Assembly: GCA_010093605.1 (NCBI GenBank)
Contig: MU004186.1
Coordinates: forward strand, 1,592,616-1,656,615
DNA length: 64,000 bases
Reading direction: 5' to 3'
DNA from: Lophium mytilinum
Lineage: Eukaryota
Positions within the stretch are counted from its first letter, which is position 1. Every line of letters begins with the position of its first letter. This document shows positions 1 through 12,700 of this stretch, piece by piece. The notes under the pieces are model-generated. The model was not told the origin of the DNA, made no database searches, and saw nothing but the letters and a program-made list of their open reading frames with translations. The translations under genes were made by a program, and so were the position numbers.

Positions 1-504
1 CCTCTTGTAAGTGTTTCTTCAACTCTGACCAATGGTTGTTGTTCTAGTGTGTGTTACGGCCGAAATACCGACAGTCGGCGATTGCTGCGTACTTTTTGCC
101 CGGGCGTGTGTTCATCGTTCGACCCGATCCTCATTACTCCACCCGATCTTCATATGTAGCACTTCGGAAATACGCCAACTTGATCAATGGCTAGGGTGAG
201 AATACATATATAGGTAGGAAGACATATCCTCAGCTGGTTTCTAGCATCACTCGATTGTCCAACCACCAAACTCCCTAACCATCACTGACAAAGAGCTACT
301 ACGCTTCAATTAAGCAATTTTAAGTACTTACTACATTTCTACATCTTCCTCCCTATCACACCTATACTTATAGCGTCATCAACCACCCCGACACTAGGGA
401 CTCGAGGAACCAACCCCAGTACCTCTCAACTGCATCCACCTAATCCTCCACGCAACCGCGCCGTCGCCCACAACTTGCACCTTCGTCCCCAACCTCCCCC
501 AAAA

Positions 505-1020
505 ATGACCTCCCTCTTCCCCCACCCCGCCTACGCCGAAGAACAACCCCACGCCCGCACAATCCTCTACCTCCACGTCATCCGCGCGGGCACGCAAGCC
601 GCCGCGCTCGTCGCAACCGTCACCGCAACCGCCTCCTCCCTCTACTACCGCCCGCGGTCCCTCGCCGCCTTCGTCCCAAGACTCATAATCCACTCCGCGC
701 GTGCCGTGCCCATCGGCATCGTCTTCTCTGGTCTCGCGACGGCGGGGCGGATGTACGGGCGCGAGCAGATCGAGTGGCAGGACCGCACGTGGCGGTTGTT
801 GGAGAACAAGCCGCAGGAGCGGGCGGATTGGTGGGCGATTGGGGGCGGGGTTGGTGGTGCGGTTGCGGGGGTTTGGGGGGTGAGGAGGGGTGTGCTGCCG
901 GGTGTTGTTAGGGGGAGATATCTTGGGAGGACTGCGAAGTTGGTGCTGGGAGGGGCGGGAGTGGGGATGGGACCGGTTGGGGTGGGGTTGGGACAGGTTT
1001 ATACTGGTTTGAAGGGGTGA
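505..1020 (+). CDS. hypothetical small membrane-associated protein (171 aa)
   Basis: ATG at 505 in an AAAATG context; intronless ORF MTSLFPHPAYAEEQP...EQIEWQDRTWRLLEN with hydrophobic and Gly-rich stretches; coding-like codon bias. Confidence 0.65.
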   Translation: MTSLFPHPAYAEEQPHARTILYLHVIRAGTQAAALVATVTATASSLYYRPRSLAAFVPRLIIHSARAVPIGIVFSGLATAGRMYGREQIEWQDRTWRLLENKPQERADWWAIGGGVGGAVAGVWGVRRGVLPGVVRGRYLGRTAKLVLGGAGVGMGPVGVGLGQVYTGLKG

Positions 1021-2017
1021 CTGCTTTAAGAAGAAGTCGGTTCAAACATGAAGACGGGTGGAGGATTGAAGAGATATGGATGTAATATGAGCTAGTGTAT
1101 ATATGAGACGATGTTTTGAGATATAATGTACAATATTTGTTGGGCCTAGGGACTCTATCCACACAATTTAGATGGATGAATTGCTTCCTTGTCTCCTATA
1201 TCTCAATCCATATATGAGTGATGATGTAGCTTCTTCCACCATATTAAGGCTGAACGGGCTGCATTCCTCCCTACATGGACTACATAGATCACCAATGGGT
1301 TCTGGTCCAGGATCCTTTTTGTAACTACTACTACTTGGTCAAGTGTGTCGGATCTTCAAATCCCCTAACGTCTCAGTACTCTCCTACTGAACCGCAAGAG
1401 CTTCATCAGCTGCCTACAAGGCTAGTACAAGGGCAGAATGAGGGGTTTGACGCTAATAGGCTGCTCGGCATCTCCACTCCGGCGGCAACTCAAACAAGCT
1501 TTGCTGGGCGGGCTCCGAGGACAAGGCACGGCACCACATCCGCACCGGGTTGGCGGCCTGGGCTCCACTCAATTGAACGCCGCAAATTTGTCGTCAGCAC
1601 TTCGACCATGGATGGCAGCCAGAGATGGCCGCAATGCTCGCTATGAACGGCCGGCCTGAGGCTGATAGTCATACAGTCGGGTCTGACAGGCGACGTGAAA
1701 CCGGCCCCCAGGAGGATGTTGCAGCAGGGAGTCTGTCCAACGACGGCGTCCGGTGCGTACGCAATCGGATTTAGGGCCCTAGCCGCGCTCAGATAATGCG
1801 TCGTCATGACTTCCACACACCTCATCTCTTTCTCTGCACCTAACTTTCTAGTCTCTGCTTCGTGTTGCACTGCATCTGTCTCTTCCACTCTCTCGGCTTT
1901 CTCTTTACACGCTCTCTCTGCTTCCTAGCGTTCCTTTGGCGCCTCATACGTAACCAGTTTTCGACCCGTGAACGTGTATACTACTACTACATAATTCCAG
2001 CCTCCCGTTCCTTCAAG

Positions 2018-3314
2018 ATGCGCTTCCTGACTAGACTCCATGCCATTAGTGCTATGGTAATTCTGAGCCTGTTCTACTTCGGATGGATACTACCGTCTCT
2101 ACACATCAAGACTCGCATCCAAAAGGCATGGAAAGGCCACGCTCGCCAATTGGTCGTGTTTGGGGACGACTGGTCAGACATTGGTGAATACCGCATTTCT
2201 CCACCAAAAGCTGCCTCTGTTCCAGTGCGAGACGAAGGTCAGGGTCAGCTATGGACGGAAGTGTTGTGCAAAGAGGTAACCCATTTGCGGGGTCCGACTA
2301 AACGGGCTGTGCTGACGCGTGACAGTTGGTTTGCGACTACATTGACAACTTCGCTCGATCGTCGATAGCCGGAGACAACAGCAGCATGGGATCATTGGTT
2401 GACAACGACATTTATGCCAACGCAACATCATTGAATGAGACATCGCCCAACCTGGTCCCCGATTTCAAGAAACAGGTGCAGCAATGGATCAACTTCGAAA
2501 AGCAGAAGCGACTAATGCCCTTACGCCACGGCAAAGGAGAATGGACGATCTTCACCGTGCAGTTCGGCGTGTGGGATTTGCTGAGATACGCCAGCCTCGG
2601 AAAGAAACAGGCCACATTCGCGATCGACCGTAGCATCGAAGAGCTCTTCCACAACCTCAACACCATCGCCGAGCACAAGTCTGAGCCTATCAAGGTCGTC
2701 CTACCGGTTTTGTTCGACGTGACTTTCCTCCCTCGCTTCGCAAACCTGAGAAGCGACCACTCAGCAGATTTCGCGTACGATCAGCACTTCGCCGTCTTTC
2801 TTCTGGGCTACTGGAACTCTGTCTTGTCTCGGGCAGCGACTCACTGGACTAGCGGTGAGATTGTGATGCCAGACGTCAACCGGATCTTGGTCAATGAAGT
2901 TCGCGCAAGACAGCTCTACACAATGGGCATTACAGACGCTTCGGGAGCCGGGACACAAAAGCCGTTGTTCAAAGAGGTTGAAACGCCTTGTCTGTCTGCG
3001 TCGGTACCGCAGGATGGGGACCTGCAGGGAGCCGTGCCACTTAGATGCGCTGAGCCGACAGGCCATCTTTTTTGGTAACTGGCCTTTGGACCTCACCTGT
3101 TTCATGCTAACCTTGGGTTAGGGATGACATGCACCTCGGCGGTGCGGCCCACACACTCATCGGCAAGAATGCCGCTGAATTAGTCAACGGGAACGAGACT
3201 GTCAATATGGATGCCCTCGAAAAGGAAAAGAACTCCGACAACAAGGCTTCGGTCTTCTCAGATTTAAGAAAGATGAGAAAAGACTTTAGGCTGAAATTTC
3301 CTCCCACAAATTAA
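2018..3314 (+). CDS. SGNH/GDSL hydrolase-like protein (CE16-like) with N-terminal membrane anchor; 3 exons
   Basis: Block I-like LVVFGDDWSD and C-terminal FWDDMHLG (DxxH). Introns 2276-2325 and 3075-3121 are GT..AG with CTGAC/CTAAC and join the three ORFs in frame. Confidence 0.8.
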
Positions 3315-3730
3315 TTCCGATTCGCCATTGCTGCTCGCATTGGTCGAGTTGCATTCCAGACCCTATGGATGCGTACAAGCGTTTGTAGTCATTGTGGGCT
3401 GGCGTTGCCGCTTCCTTGCATCAGTCTCTGTGCTGGAATGTCTCAGCGTGCGGCCACAGATGTCTTGGCCGCCCTGGGGCGAACGAGAACAAAGAACCTC
3501 CGTCGCGAACAGCTCCGCACCTGCAAATGTCTAGAACAATCACTTACAAGCTGTCTCGGTCGGGGGCGCGAACAAAGAAAGCTCACTCTAGAGGGAGGGG
3601 GAATAATAGCCACAAAGCAGCCGCCATGCTGTCCTCATCCTTGGTACATCTATCCGGCTTCCTATTCGGAATACAATGAAATTCTTCCTCAAAGAAGCCT
3701 GCTAATTATCAATCAGAGCCCTCGTCGACA

Positions 3731-5913
3731 ATGCTGACCTCTCGAGTTCTGCCGCCGATTCTTCGGTCTCCTCAGTTGCAGGCCACCCCGCAACTCATCA
3801 CCAACACCTCGCGACGGGACGACATCGCCCAAGAGCCGAGAATGGGCACCGATGCTCATCGGAAGAGCTTCGAGAAGGGTGAGAAGAGTGCTACGAGTTC
3901 TCGCAGGTCATCAAAGACAATGTTGACTCGATCAGCATCGTCTCCGAGCCCTGCTCGACATTCAAAGGGAACTCCGCCGCCCTCTCCCAAGACCTCGCCG
4001 ACTCGCATCACGCGGAAGAGGGCAGCGTCCCTCCTCGATACTGTGAATAACAAGGCGAGGCCGGAAGAGCAGCAGCAGAGCCCTCCGACTCCGAGGGAGA
4101 GCAATGGTCTTCCCTCGGTGACACCTGGAGAGTTTGCAGGACATGTCTGCCTGTGCCAGCCAGAGCCAAAGATTCCCCGCCCCAGGAACGGTGAGTCCTT
4201 GTTTGAGTTTCTTTGTCCGCTTGCAACGGATGCCGGTCCGAATGATATTGCCGACAAAGACATGTCTTTATATGTCAGCTTCGTAGACCCTACTAGATGG
4301 CGGCTGATTCTTTGTAGCTTTTATTCTTTATCGTCAGCATCATCAACAAACTGTCGTGGCTCGTCACCCTGGACTTGCAAACCCAGAGATTTCGAAGATC
4401 ATCGGCGAGCAGTGGCAGTCTGAGTCTGACGCGGTGAAGGCCGAGTGGAAAGGTCTTGCAAATGTGAGTTCTATGACGCTGAGTGGTGATGTAAGTGACT
4501 GTCGCTGAAAAGGTGCAGGAAGAAAAAAGCCGGCACCTGCTTAAATATCCTGAATACCGATACCAGCCTCGTCGGAACGGGAAGCCGGGTGCTCTTCCAG
4601 AGAACCCATCTGGACAGCACACGACTGTAGACAAATACAGGTGTCCCCGGTGTGGCGGGCGGAGTATACGAACTCCCACCAGCCCATTTCCGACTCCACA
4701 GCCGACGCCGCTGTTGCCTCCTCCAAAGCAGTCCCCAAACTCGACTTCGACGACTCGCTTCCTTCCTATGATGAACAATCTGAGTTTGGAATCTCCATTA
4801 TCACGCCGTACCAGACCAGGACCATCGAATTTGAGCAGCATTCAAGTGTCTGCTAGTCCAGTGGACACTACCATGTACAGTCCGCTTTCGCCGGACTCTA
4901 AACGCCGTCGCTATAATCTTAGTGGATACGCTCCTCCAAGTGGTAGACGTATGGACGGTGCTCCGTACTACACGTCTCACGCTAGACGTGACTCTCTCCC
5001 TCCAATACGACAGTCCCCTCCGAATACAGCCATCATGCCACCGCCGCGAACACCTCGCCGAGCTTCGGTGGACATGAGCCTCAACAACCTACCTGCTGTA
5101 GGCCACGACCAGAGCCGAAGCGTGGAGGCCATGGTGATGAGTGTCCCATATCCGGTGAAGATCAAGGTGCTGGGGAAGATCACTCCGCCACTCAAGACGC
5201 CTGGTCTTACTAGTCCAGCAAACGCAGTGCGTGGTGCCATCATCAGCGTCGAGGGGGATGACCTCGAAGCTGTGAAGGAGCTCTGCTTATGGCTCGAGGA
5301 GTTCTTGAAAAAGGACGAGTTCAAGGTGCAGCCCAAGACGTTCGATCCGCCCAAATTGCCGGACGACGAGGAGGAAGAGGTGACTTTCGCGGATTACCTC
5401 GACATCATAAAGGAGTGGCACGGAAAGAGCAAGGAGATGATTGAGTACATTACTACTCTGGTAGCGTCTGAGGAAACGCCTGAATCTGTCTCAAAAAGCG
5501 ACGCGAATGACAAGGAAATGGAGGATGCGGATAAAGCGGAGGAGAAGGAGGAGAAAGCAGGACAAGCAGAAATCAAACCCGTCGTTATTCTGCCGACTTA
5601 TCAGCTACACGCTTCGAACGTCTACACGTCGCGCATCCCGATCGCAGACGCGTACTCGCCAACGGACCATTGGCAATGGATGGCGACGCTGTGGCGCGGA
5701 ACGGTCGGGCCGGACCTTACCATCTACATCCGCGACGCGAAGCCCGAAGAGCTGCAGAAGGAGAAGATGGTGGATCTACTCGATGAGATAAGGTGTCTGA
5801 CAGTGAGGAAAGAAAAGGGATCAAGCAAGGTGGAGGACTCGGCATTGCGGCGAATTGGATTCGAGGTCGGTGAGTGGATCAGAACGGTCGGACAGGAGAA
5901 GAGCGGGCATTAG
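3731..5913 (+). CDS. HMG-box transcription factor (Rox1/Rfg1-like MATA_HMG class); 3 exons
   Basis: Spliced HMG box PKIPRPRNAFILYRQHHQ...NPEISKIIGEQWQ...EEKSRHLLKYPEYRYQPRR; introns about 4191-4317 and 4464-4518; long C-terminal region with WQWMATLWRG. Confidence 0.9.
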
Positions 5914-6594
5914 GCACAATTTGCGGAGGATCTTGGATGGTTTCACGACATGTAGTTCTTACTATGATTCTTGTGTGTGTGTCAGCGTGGACGCGACTGA
6001 TCTTACCTTGGCTGTTTGTTTGATTGATGAATGAGCGAAACGTAGGACTGGCAACTGTGCGTGATGCGTTTTGGTCAAGTTTTACCTTTTCTTGGGCTGG
6101 AGGGCATTCGCGTATATAGGCGGAGGTGTAATATAAAATTATTCCCGAGTGGCGTCGGTGTTGTGATGCTTGCCCAGCGTACGGTGACGAATTGCGGGGA
6201 GTCTCAGCCCTACGCGGTCCGGTGATGCAAACGACCCTTGCTCTTCACATGCAAACGGCGTCGGCAACCACTCGACACTCGTCGAGACGGCACAGGAACC
6301 ACAACGACAGCCGTAAAGGTTATGGGCTCCGACGACTACGGCTGAGCACTACCTCTTCCCTCACCGTCCCTTGGTTCCCTCTGACACCGTTACCGTACAA
6401 CTTCAGCTTCTTATGCCGCCAATACTCTCAGGCTGCCCGCCATCGTCATCACCATCTGCACCGCCATACTGCGTGCTGTACGCCTGAAGTGAGTGCTGCG
6501 GCACTGCCGTTGCTTCCGGCATGATTGGTACGTTGCATTAAGATGTGGTTCTCTTTCACAGAAGCCAGCTTCGAGCTGGGTGGTGGTACTGACG

Positions 6595-9047
6595 ATGGAG
6601 ATAGACCACGTCCTAGGACGGCCCTCGGTGCAGTTTCGCAAGATTCAAGTGCTCGCCGTCGTGTCTTTTTGGTCCGTCTACTTGTACAAGTGCGTATTAT
6701 TTCTAACAAATACCCTTTATACTCCAAAAAGCTCCGCAATCTCTCCATTGAAGATGACCACATTCCAAAGCTAACACGAAGCGTGAACAGAGGCGACCGC
6801 AATGGTCCCCCCATCCTCCGCCGCCTCTCCTCCCTCCTCTCCGCCCGCCTCACCACCTGGCAGACCCTCGTTATAACCCTTCTTTGGCTGTACATCTCCC
6901 GCAACTTCGGCAAGCTCGTGGGACTCGAATGCCCCGAACCGCTCGCGAACCTCTACTCCCGCTCCTACTTCCGCGCAACATGGGTCACCACAGCACTCGA
7001 TGCCGGCTTCTGGACGGCGATGCGTATCCGCCGAAAATGGCCCCGCGATTTCCTGAGTGTCGTCTTCAGCATATACTATATGATCTGCGCCGAGCAGGCC
7101 GACGAGAAGGTGCGCAAGATCCGGGCCACGCTCACGGTCGAACATCTGCGCGTCAGCTGGAACAAAGGCACCACGCCGTACCTGAACTTCTTCACGTCTT
7201 TGATGCGACCGCGTCTGATGCGGTACCCACCGCGTGAGATTCGGATCCCTCGGCCTTCGCAGTCGGCGTATAAGGAACCCGTCCATGGGTGGCTGTACTA
7301 CGATGGACCGTTGAGCAAGCTCAAGGAGCAGACCCGAGTCGTGCTGGATGTTCCCGGTGGAGGCTTTGTGGCTATGGATCCCCGCAATCACGACGACAAG
7401 CTTATGGGCTGGGCTGGACGGACTGGCCTGCCTGTCCTGAGTCTAGACTACAGAAAGGCTCCAGAGCACCCGTACCCCTATGCGCTGAATGAGTGCTACG
7501 ACGTCTACCACTCCATCGTCGCATCGCGTGGACGATGCGTGGGGCTTTCAGGCGAAACTATTCCTAAGATCGTTGTTTCTGGCGACTCTGCTGGCGGGAA
7601 CCTTGCAGTCGGCATGGTGCTCATGGTCCTTCAATCCGGGTCCACAGACACGCGACGATGGCAAGGCGAACTGGAGCTACCGCCTCCAGCCGGCGTCGTG
7701 CTCAATTACCCAGCCCTAGACATGAACATCGGCAACTGGATGACAGACGAGCAAATGGCACTGATACGCGACCGCCGCTCACGAAAGACCAACCAAGGCA
7801 TCCTCCGCCGCAAGAGCGAAGACTACCGCCACCTCGCCCCGAACACCCCCCACGTCTCCGACGATGAAGCCTCCGACGACGAGGCCCCCTCAACCTCCCC
7901 CCTCACCTCCCCACCCACCGCCATCCACCTCTCCGCCGCCCACACCGGCATCGATACCGCCCTCCGCCCAACCACCACCAACAGCAGCCTCACCTCACCC
8001 CCCCTAACCCCCTTCACCGCCACCCGCGCCGCCCTACCCCCCGACCCCCTCCCCCTTACAACCACCCAGCCCCACCTCCTCAAAACCCGCCTCGCCATGT
8101 CCTCCATGATCTCCTACTTCTCCGACCGCATCCTCACCCCGGAGATGATGCGCGCCATGATCATCCTCTACATCGGCCCCCACCACCGGCCCGACTTCAG
8201 CACCGACTACCTCCTCTCCCCGCTCCTCGCGCCCGAGCACCTCCTCGCCCGCTTCCCCCGCGTCTGGTTCCTCACCGGCGAGCGCGATCCCCTCGTCGAC
8301 GACACCGTCATCTTCGCGGGCCGCGTAAGGCAAGCGAAACGCGCGGCGTGGAGCGAGGCGCGGGAACTCGGGCTCCCGTTCGGCCTGTCACGGGGGGCGG
8401 ACAAGGGGAATGGGGCAGGGAAATACGACACAGGCTTCCGCGAAGAGGACTTCGTGAACGTGGAACTGGTCCCCGGCGTCAGCCACGGGTTTCTGCAGTT
8501 CGTGGGCGTGTTTCCCGAGGGGTGGGGGTATATCCGGCGGTGTGCGCGGTGGATGGTTGAGGCTTTCGAATCTGCAGAGACGGAAGATGAGGTGCGGCGG
8601 CAGGGGGGTGGGGCGGCGGCGGCGGGGAAGCGGAGGAGGAGGGAAGGGAGTGGGTATTTCGGCACTGCGGGGTTGGAGGCGGCTGTGAATGGGTTGTCTT
8701 CGGGTGCGAAGAAGGAGAGCGGCGGCGAACGGCGGCATCATTTCAGATCTGGGACGCAGAGCTCGGCGGATGAGGATCGGCCGCTGGAGATGACGATTGG
8801 GAAGGCGAAGGTGTCGCCGCCTGCTGGTAATAAAGCGAACGGCAACATGAATGGTGTGAGTGGGAAGGCAGGGAGGGATAGGAAGCCGTCTCGTGCTAGT
8901 AATGAGAGGGGGAGAGGGAAGGGCAGGCGGAAGAGTCTGGTCAGTCTGGCGTCGGAAGACGATTTGTTGGGCAGACGCATGAAGGGGCTTACAGGTGGGC
9001 TGTTGGGGAATGGGGAAGGTGGGTGGGAGGGCGGTGGGGGGTTGTAG
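6595..9047 (+). CDS. hormone-sensitive-lipase-like alpha/beta hydrolase (Abhydrolase_3); 2 exons
   Basis: PGGGFV oxyanion motif, GDSAGG nucleophile, DPLVDD Asp, HGF His. Exon 1 MEIDHVLGRPS... (6595-6689); intron 6690-6790 (GTGCGT..CTAAC..CAG). Confidence 0.9.
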
Positions 9048-9736
9048 ATAGCCACGGGTGTTTGTATGAAATGCTGTCATCCTATTCCTAGAGCGCGCTT
9101 TGGCTGCTGCAGTGCTTTTTGAGTGATGCTAGTCTGGCGTCTGGCTAGAAGATAGTGAGGTGGAATAGAAGAGGGGGTTCTTGTGAAGGTGGCGATATGT
9201 TAGGGAAATGGGAGATAGTTCGTAACCGTTTAAAGTGAAGAGATCTTCCGTGTATCGTGTGCTTAGGTTAGGGGTGCGTTCAGAAGTTTGGCCGTAGAAT
9301 GTGAAAGCAGGAACCAGGCTGTCCCGATTTGAAGTCGTCTTGGGCGTGGTATTTACTATGGCTTATACTTCGATCTATGCAGTGGGGTCGTGTGAAAGCC
9401 GCCCTAGATCAGCGTCACGAACAATGGTGGAAGAGGCGAGGTTCGGGCATAGCTATTACTCGTTGTGGTACCTTTTCGTGTATGAGATGGAAAGGATCGA
9501 ACACGTTCAGGGGAATACGTAGAGGCGGTCGTGGGATAATGTACATATTTGACACTATGTATACTAGTAGTCAGAGAACTTAACAGACCAACCTTTGTAC
9601 GCCGTACAACCAATCCCCACCGTAATCATAAATGTACACCGTTACCATGCCCAATTCGCTCGTAAAGTAACTATCCGGAACCCAAGGGGGTTAGAACAGT
9701 AATCGTATATCGTATATCGTACACTTCCCTTGCAGC

Positions 9737-12700
9737 CTAACGTGAGCCGGTGGTGACCGGGCCACCGAAGAGGCTCCGAACAGCTAGAGGAGCCTGCGCC
9801 GTGTCCGATGCGGATGTCGCAGGAGTCGGGAAGACATCGGCATGAAGAGGGCCAAAATCAGTGACAGGAGTTGCGGTCGCAGGAGCAACAGGAGCAGCCT
9901 CGGCCTGGTTCTTCTTCTTGGGCCATTTCATTTTCTTCGCTCCCTTTCCCGCCTTGTCGCCCGCAAACCCAATACTCTCCCAGGCACCATCATACTCAGC
10001 ACGGTTCGGCCTAGCAAACACTCGCTGCCTTTCCCTCAGTCTGGCCATTTGATTTTCTCCCTTCGCCTCGTGCGGTTCCAAAGGGACAATTTTTGCATTC
10101 TGGATGATTTCTTGGATCTGTCTATCGTCCTCGATGGTTTTTGCTTTCTGCAGCTCGTCATCGACGCGCATTCCCTGGGTGCGCTCGGCTACTGCGTCGA
10201 AAATGGCTTCTTCGATCGTCCCTTCGAGGATGAGTGTCTCGACGAGGACTTTCTGAGTCTGACCAATGCGATGGGCACGCTTGATAGCCTGTGCCTCGAC
10301 GTCTTTTCGGTTGATGGGGTTGATGATGAGGACGATGCTCGCGACATGGAGGTCCAGACCGTGTGAACCGCAAGCGACGTCCATAAGAAAGACACGGAGG
10401 TTGGAATCTTCCTTGAATAGCTGAATGTAGTTGTCTCGCTTGTGGGAGTCTAGTGTGCGAGCGTAGATACGATGGCCGATGTGCAAGTAGTCTAGGCATT
10501 GAGATAGATAAAATGCGGTGTTGTCGCCGTCGTAGAAGATAATGATCTTGTGGTCGGCTTGGAACAGCATTACCCTGTCTAGGAGATAGCTCAGCTTGGA
10601 GGAGGTCGTTCCAACGACGTGCGTCTTCAGGAGGGGTGATCCGGCTGGCAGCTCGGCGGTCTTGTCGAGTGTCAGTTTTCGCTTCCTTTCTGGCATTTTG
10701 GGTTGCCTAGTTCCGTTGGATGTAGTCGACACATTCTCATTTTGTGTTGACTGGCTGCCTTTTTTTGGAGATGGATTTGTCCGTGTAGGCATTAAACGTT
10801 TAGCTGGCGCTGGATCCCCATCCACGCATGATAAAGGCACCCCTTTGGGAGCGGCTTTGGATGACTTCGACGTCTTACGTTTGGCTTCATTTATTTCCTC
10901 GGTTTTCGCGACTTGTTCCATCCTGATTTTCGCATGTTCACCTACGGCGACAAGTCCGGATGCTGGATCATCTGAAGATACCTGGCTATTCACGTGAAAC
11001 TGTCCCTCTAGTAGTTGCGAGACTCCAATCATCTGTGGAGATTCCAATCCGCCGAGTGCGAAATACTCAATGGACTCTTGTGGCCAATCATCCACGAAGA
11101 GACCCATCTCGTGTGTTTTACTGAGAGACAGCCAGCGAGGAGATCCCAGAACCTGCTCGATCATCTGCATACTTTCCGTCAGATTCGCGACGTCCTGCTG
11201 AGAGCAATTCCTGTCCTCTTTGTTGAGGTACTTGTGGCTAGTCTCCAGGGTTTCACGAACGTAATCCTTGGTGAAGCCTGTCCATGTGAAATTGCTTTGT
11301 CGAAGATTGTTTAGTAAGCTATGCCGTGCCTTCACGCTATTTTTATGAGTGTCGAACAAATAATCGACGCCCGTACGCTCACTAGTAATGGCATTCGCTC
11401 GCATAACCTGGATGAAGAGGTTTGCTGAAGATTTGTCAAACCAGGAAGGCTTTAGGCGAACAATAGAGTGTGTCATTTCAGGAATTTTGACCTCCTTTTC
11501 ATATATTTCGGGCGCAGTCTTAATGACTAATTCGCCTATCGTCTGCTTCATACACGCAGAGAAGCGTGTATACGTCTTTTTCAAGCCTGTCTTTTCATGA
11601 CGGTAGATGTAATCATTCCAATCGCAGTCCGTCCAGGGTTGGACCTTTAGGAAGTGCTTTGCGAGATCTCTGAGGCTCTTTACGGCTGATTTGGTGTCAT
11701 CCGATTCACTGAACTGACGTCTCTTCTCCATGACGGCATCTCTTGACTCAAGCTCATTTGTAATTGGTAACTCCACGTCGACGCCTACCAAATCCTTCGC
11801 TGGAGTTCCGGACACCACCCAGCGGCGTTCAGCCTGGATCTGGCCAGCAATGAGCACCGCATTGGATTTGGCAGACGAAAAGTTGTGGCCTTCGTCGATT
11901 ATCATTCTTAACCAATGCAGTTCTTTCAGAGGAGACCGATAGGTCTCGTCCATTTTGAAACAGCGACAATCGGGAATGCGAGTCGCACCGATATAGGGGC
12001 ATTGACAGATTGTTGGCGCGCCGGTGAAAAGCCGTCGTCCGTAGCTATCTGCGCCATCCTTAATTTCTTGCTCAAAGCGTGCCCGACTGAATAAAACGAT
12101 ATCATACGTTCGCAACACAGCAGACGATGGCAGAAGCTTTGTACAGAAAATGTCATCCTGCTCTGCATGTTCCCCACTCCCTGGCAATCGAGCAGCGAAC
12201 TTGTTGTCTAATACCAGAACTTTTAGATACCCATCAGCAACGTGTTTCTTGATCTCGGATTGCCATTGAGTGAGAAGATTTGGAGGAACTACGATCAAAC
12301 TACCACTGCACAAGGTGACCTTCTGCGTGATATTGGTGCTACTACTGCGACTCTTCCGGGCCTGTTCGATTGGCACGTCATATGATGGTACAGCGGCGTC
12401 TAAGATTTTGGAGCATTCGTTGTCCTCAGCAATGCAGCGTTTCCATGGTATAGAGTTGCGTGTGGCCGTTGCGGCAGCCATCTTGGCAAGGGTGCCAACT
12501 TTCCAGAAGTCGTCGGCACCATAAGAAGAAATCGTTGTCGAGTTATTAATGCTCGTGACTTCTTCGGTTGGCAGTGGCTTTTCCGGGTCAAGGCTTTCTT
12601 GTGCTGGGCGAACTCTCTCTCCAGGGCGGCTAAGTCGGCCCCAAACCCGTTCTCCTCCTTGATACCGCGGCGGAATGGACGGCATATGATCTTTAGTTGA

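Noticed and set aside
3731..5913. HMG-box gene as mating-type gene MAT1-2-1
   Set aside because: Long C-terminal extension and no APN2/SLA2 or other MAT-locus neighbours; fits a general Rox1-like HMG regulator
6525..6790. N-terminus of the 840-aa ORF as given in the track
   Set aside because: TTG start reading through an intron; exon 1 is better explained from ATG 6595 in another frame with a canonical intron 6690-6790
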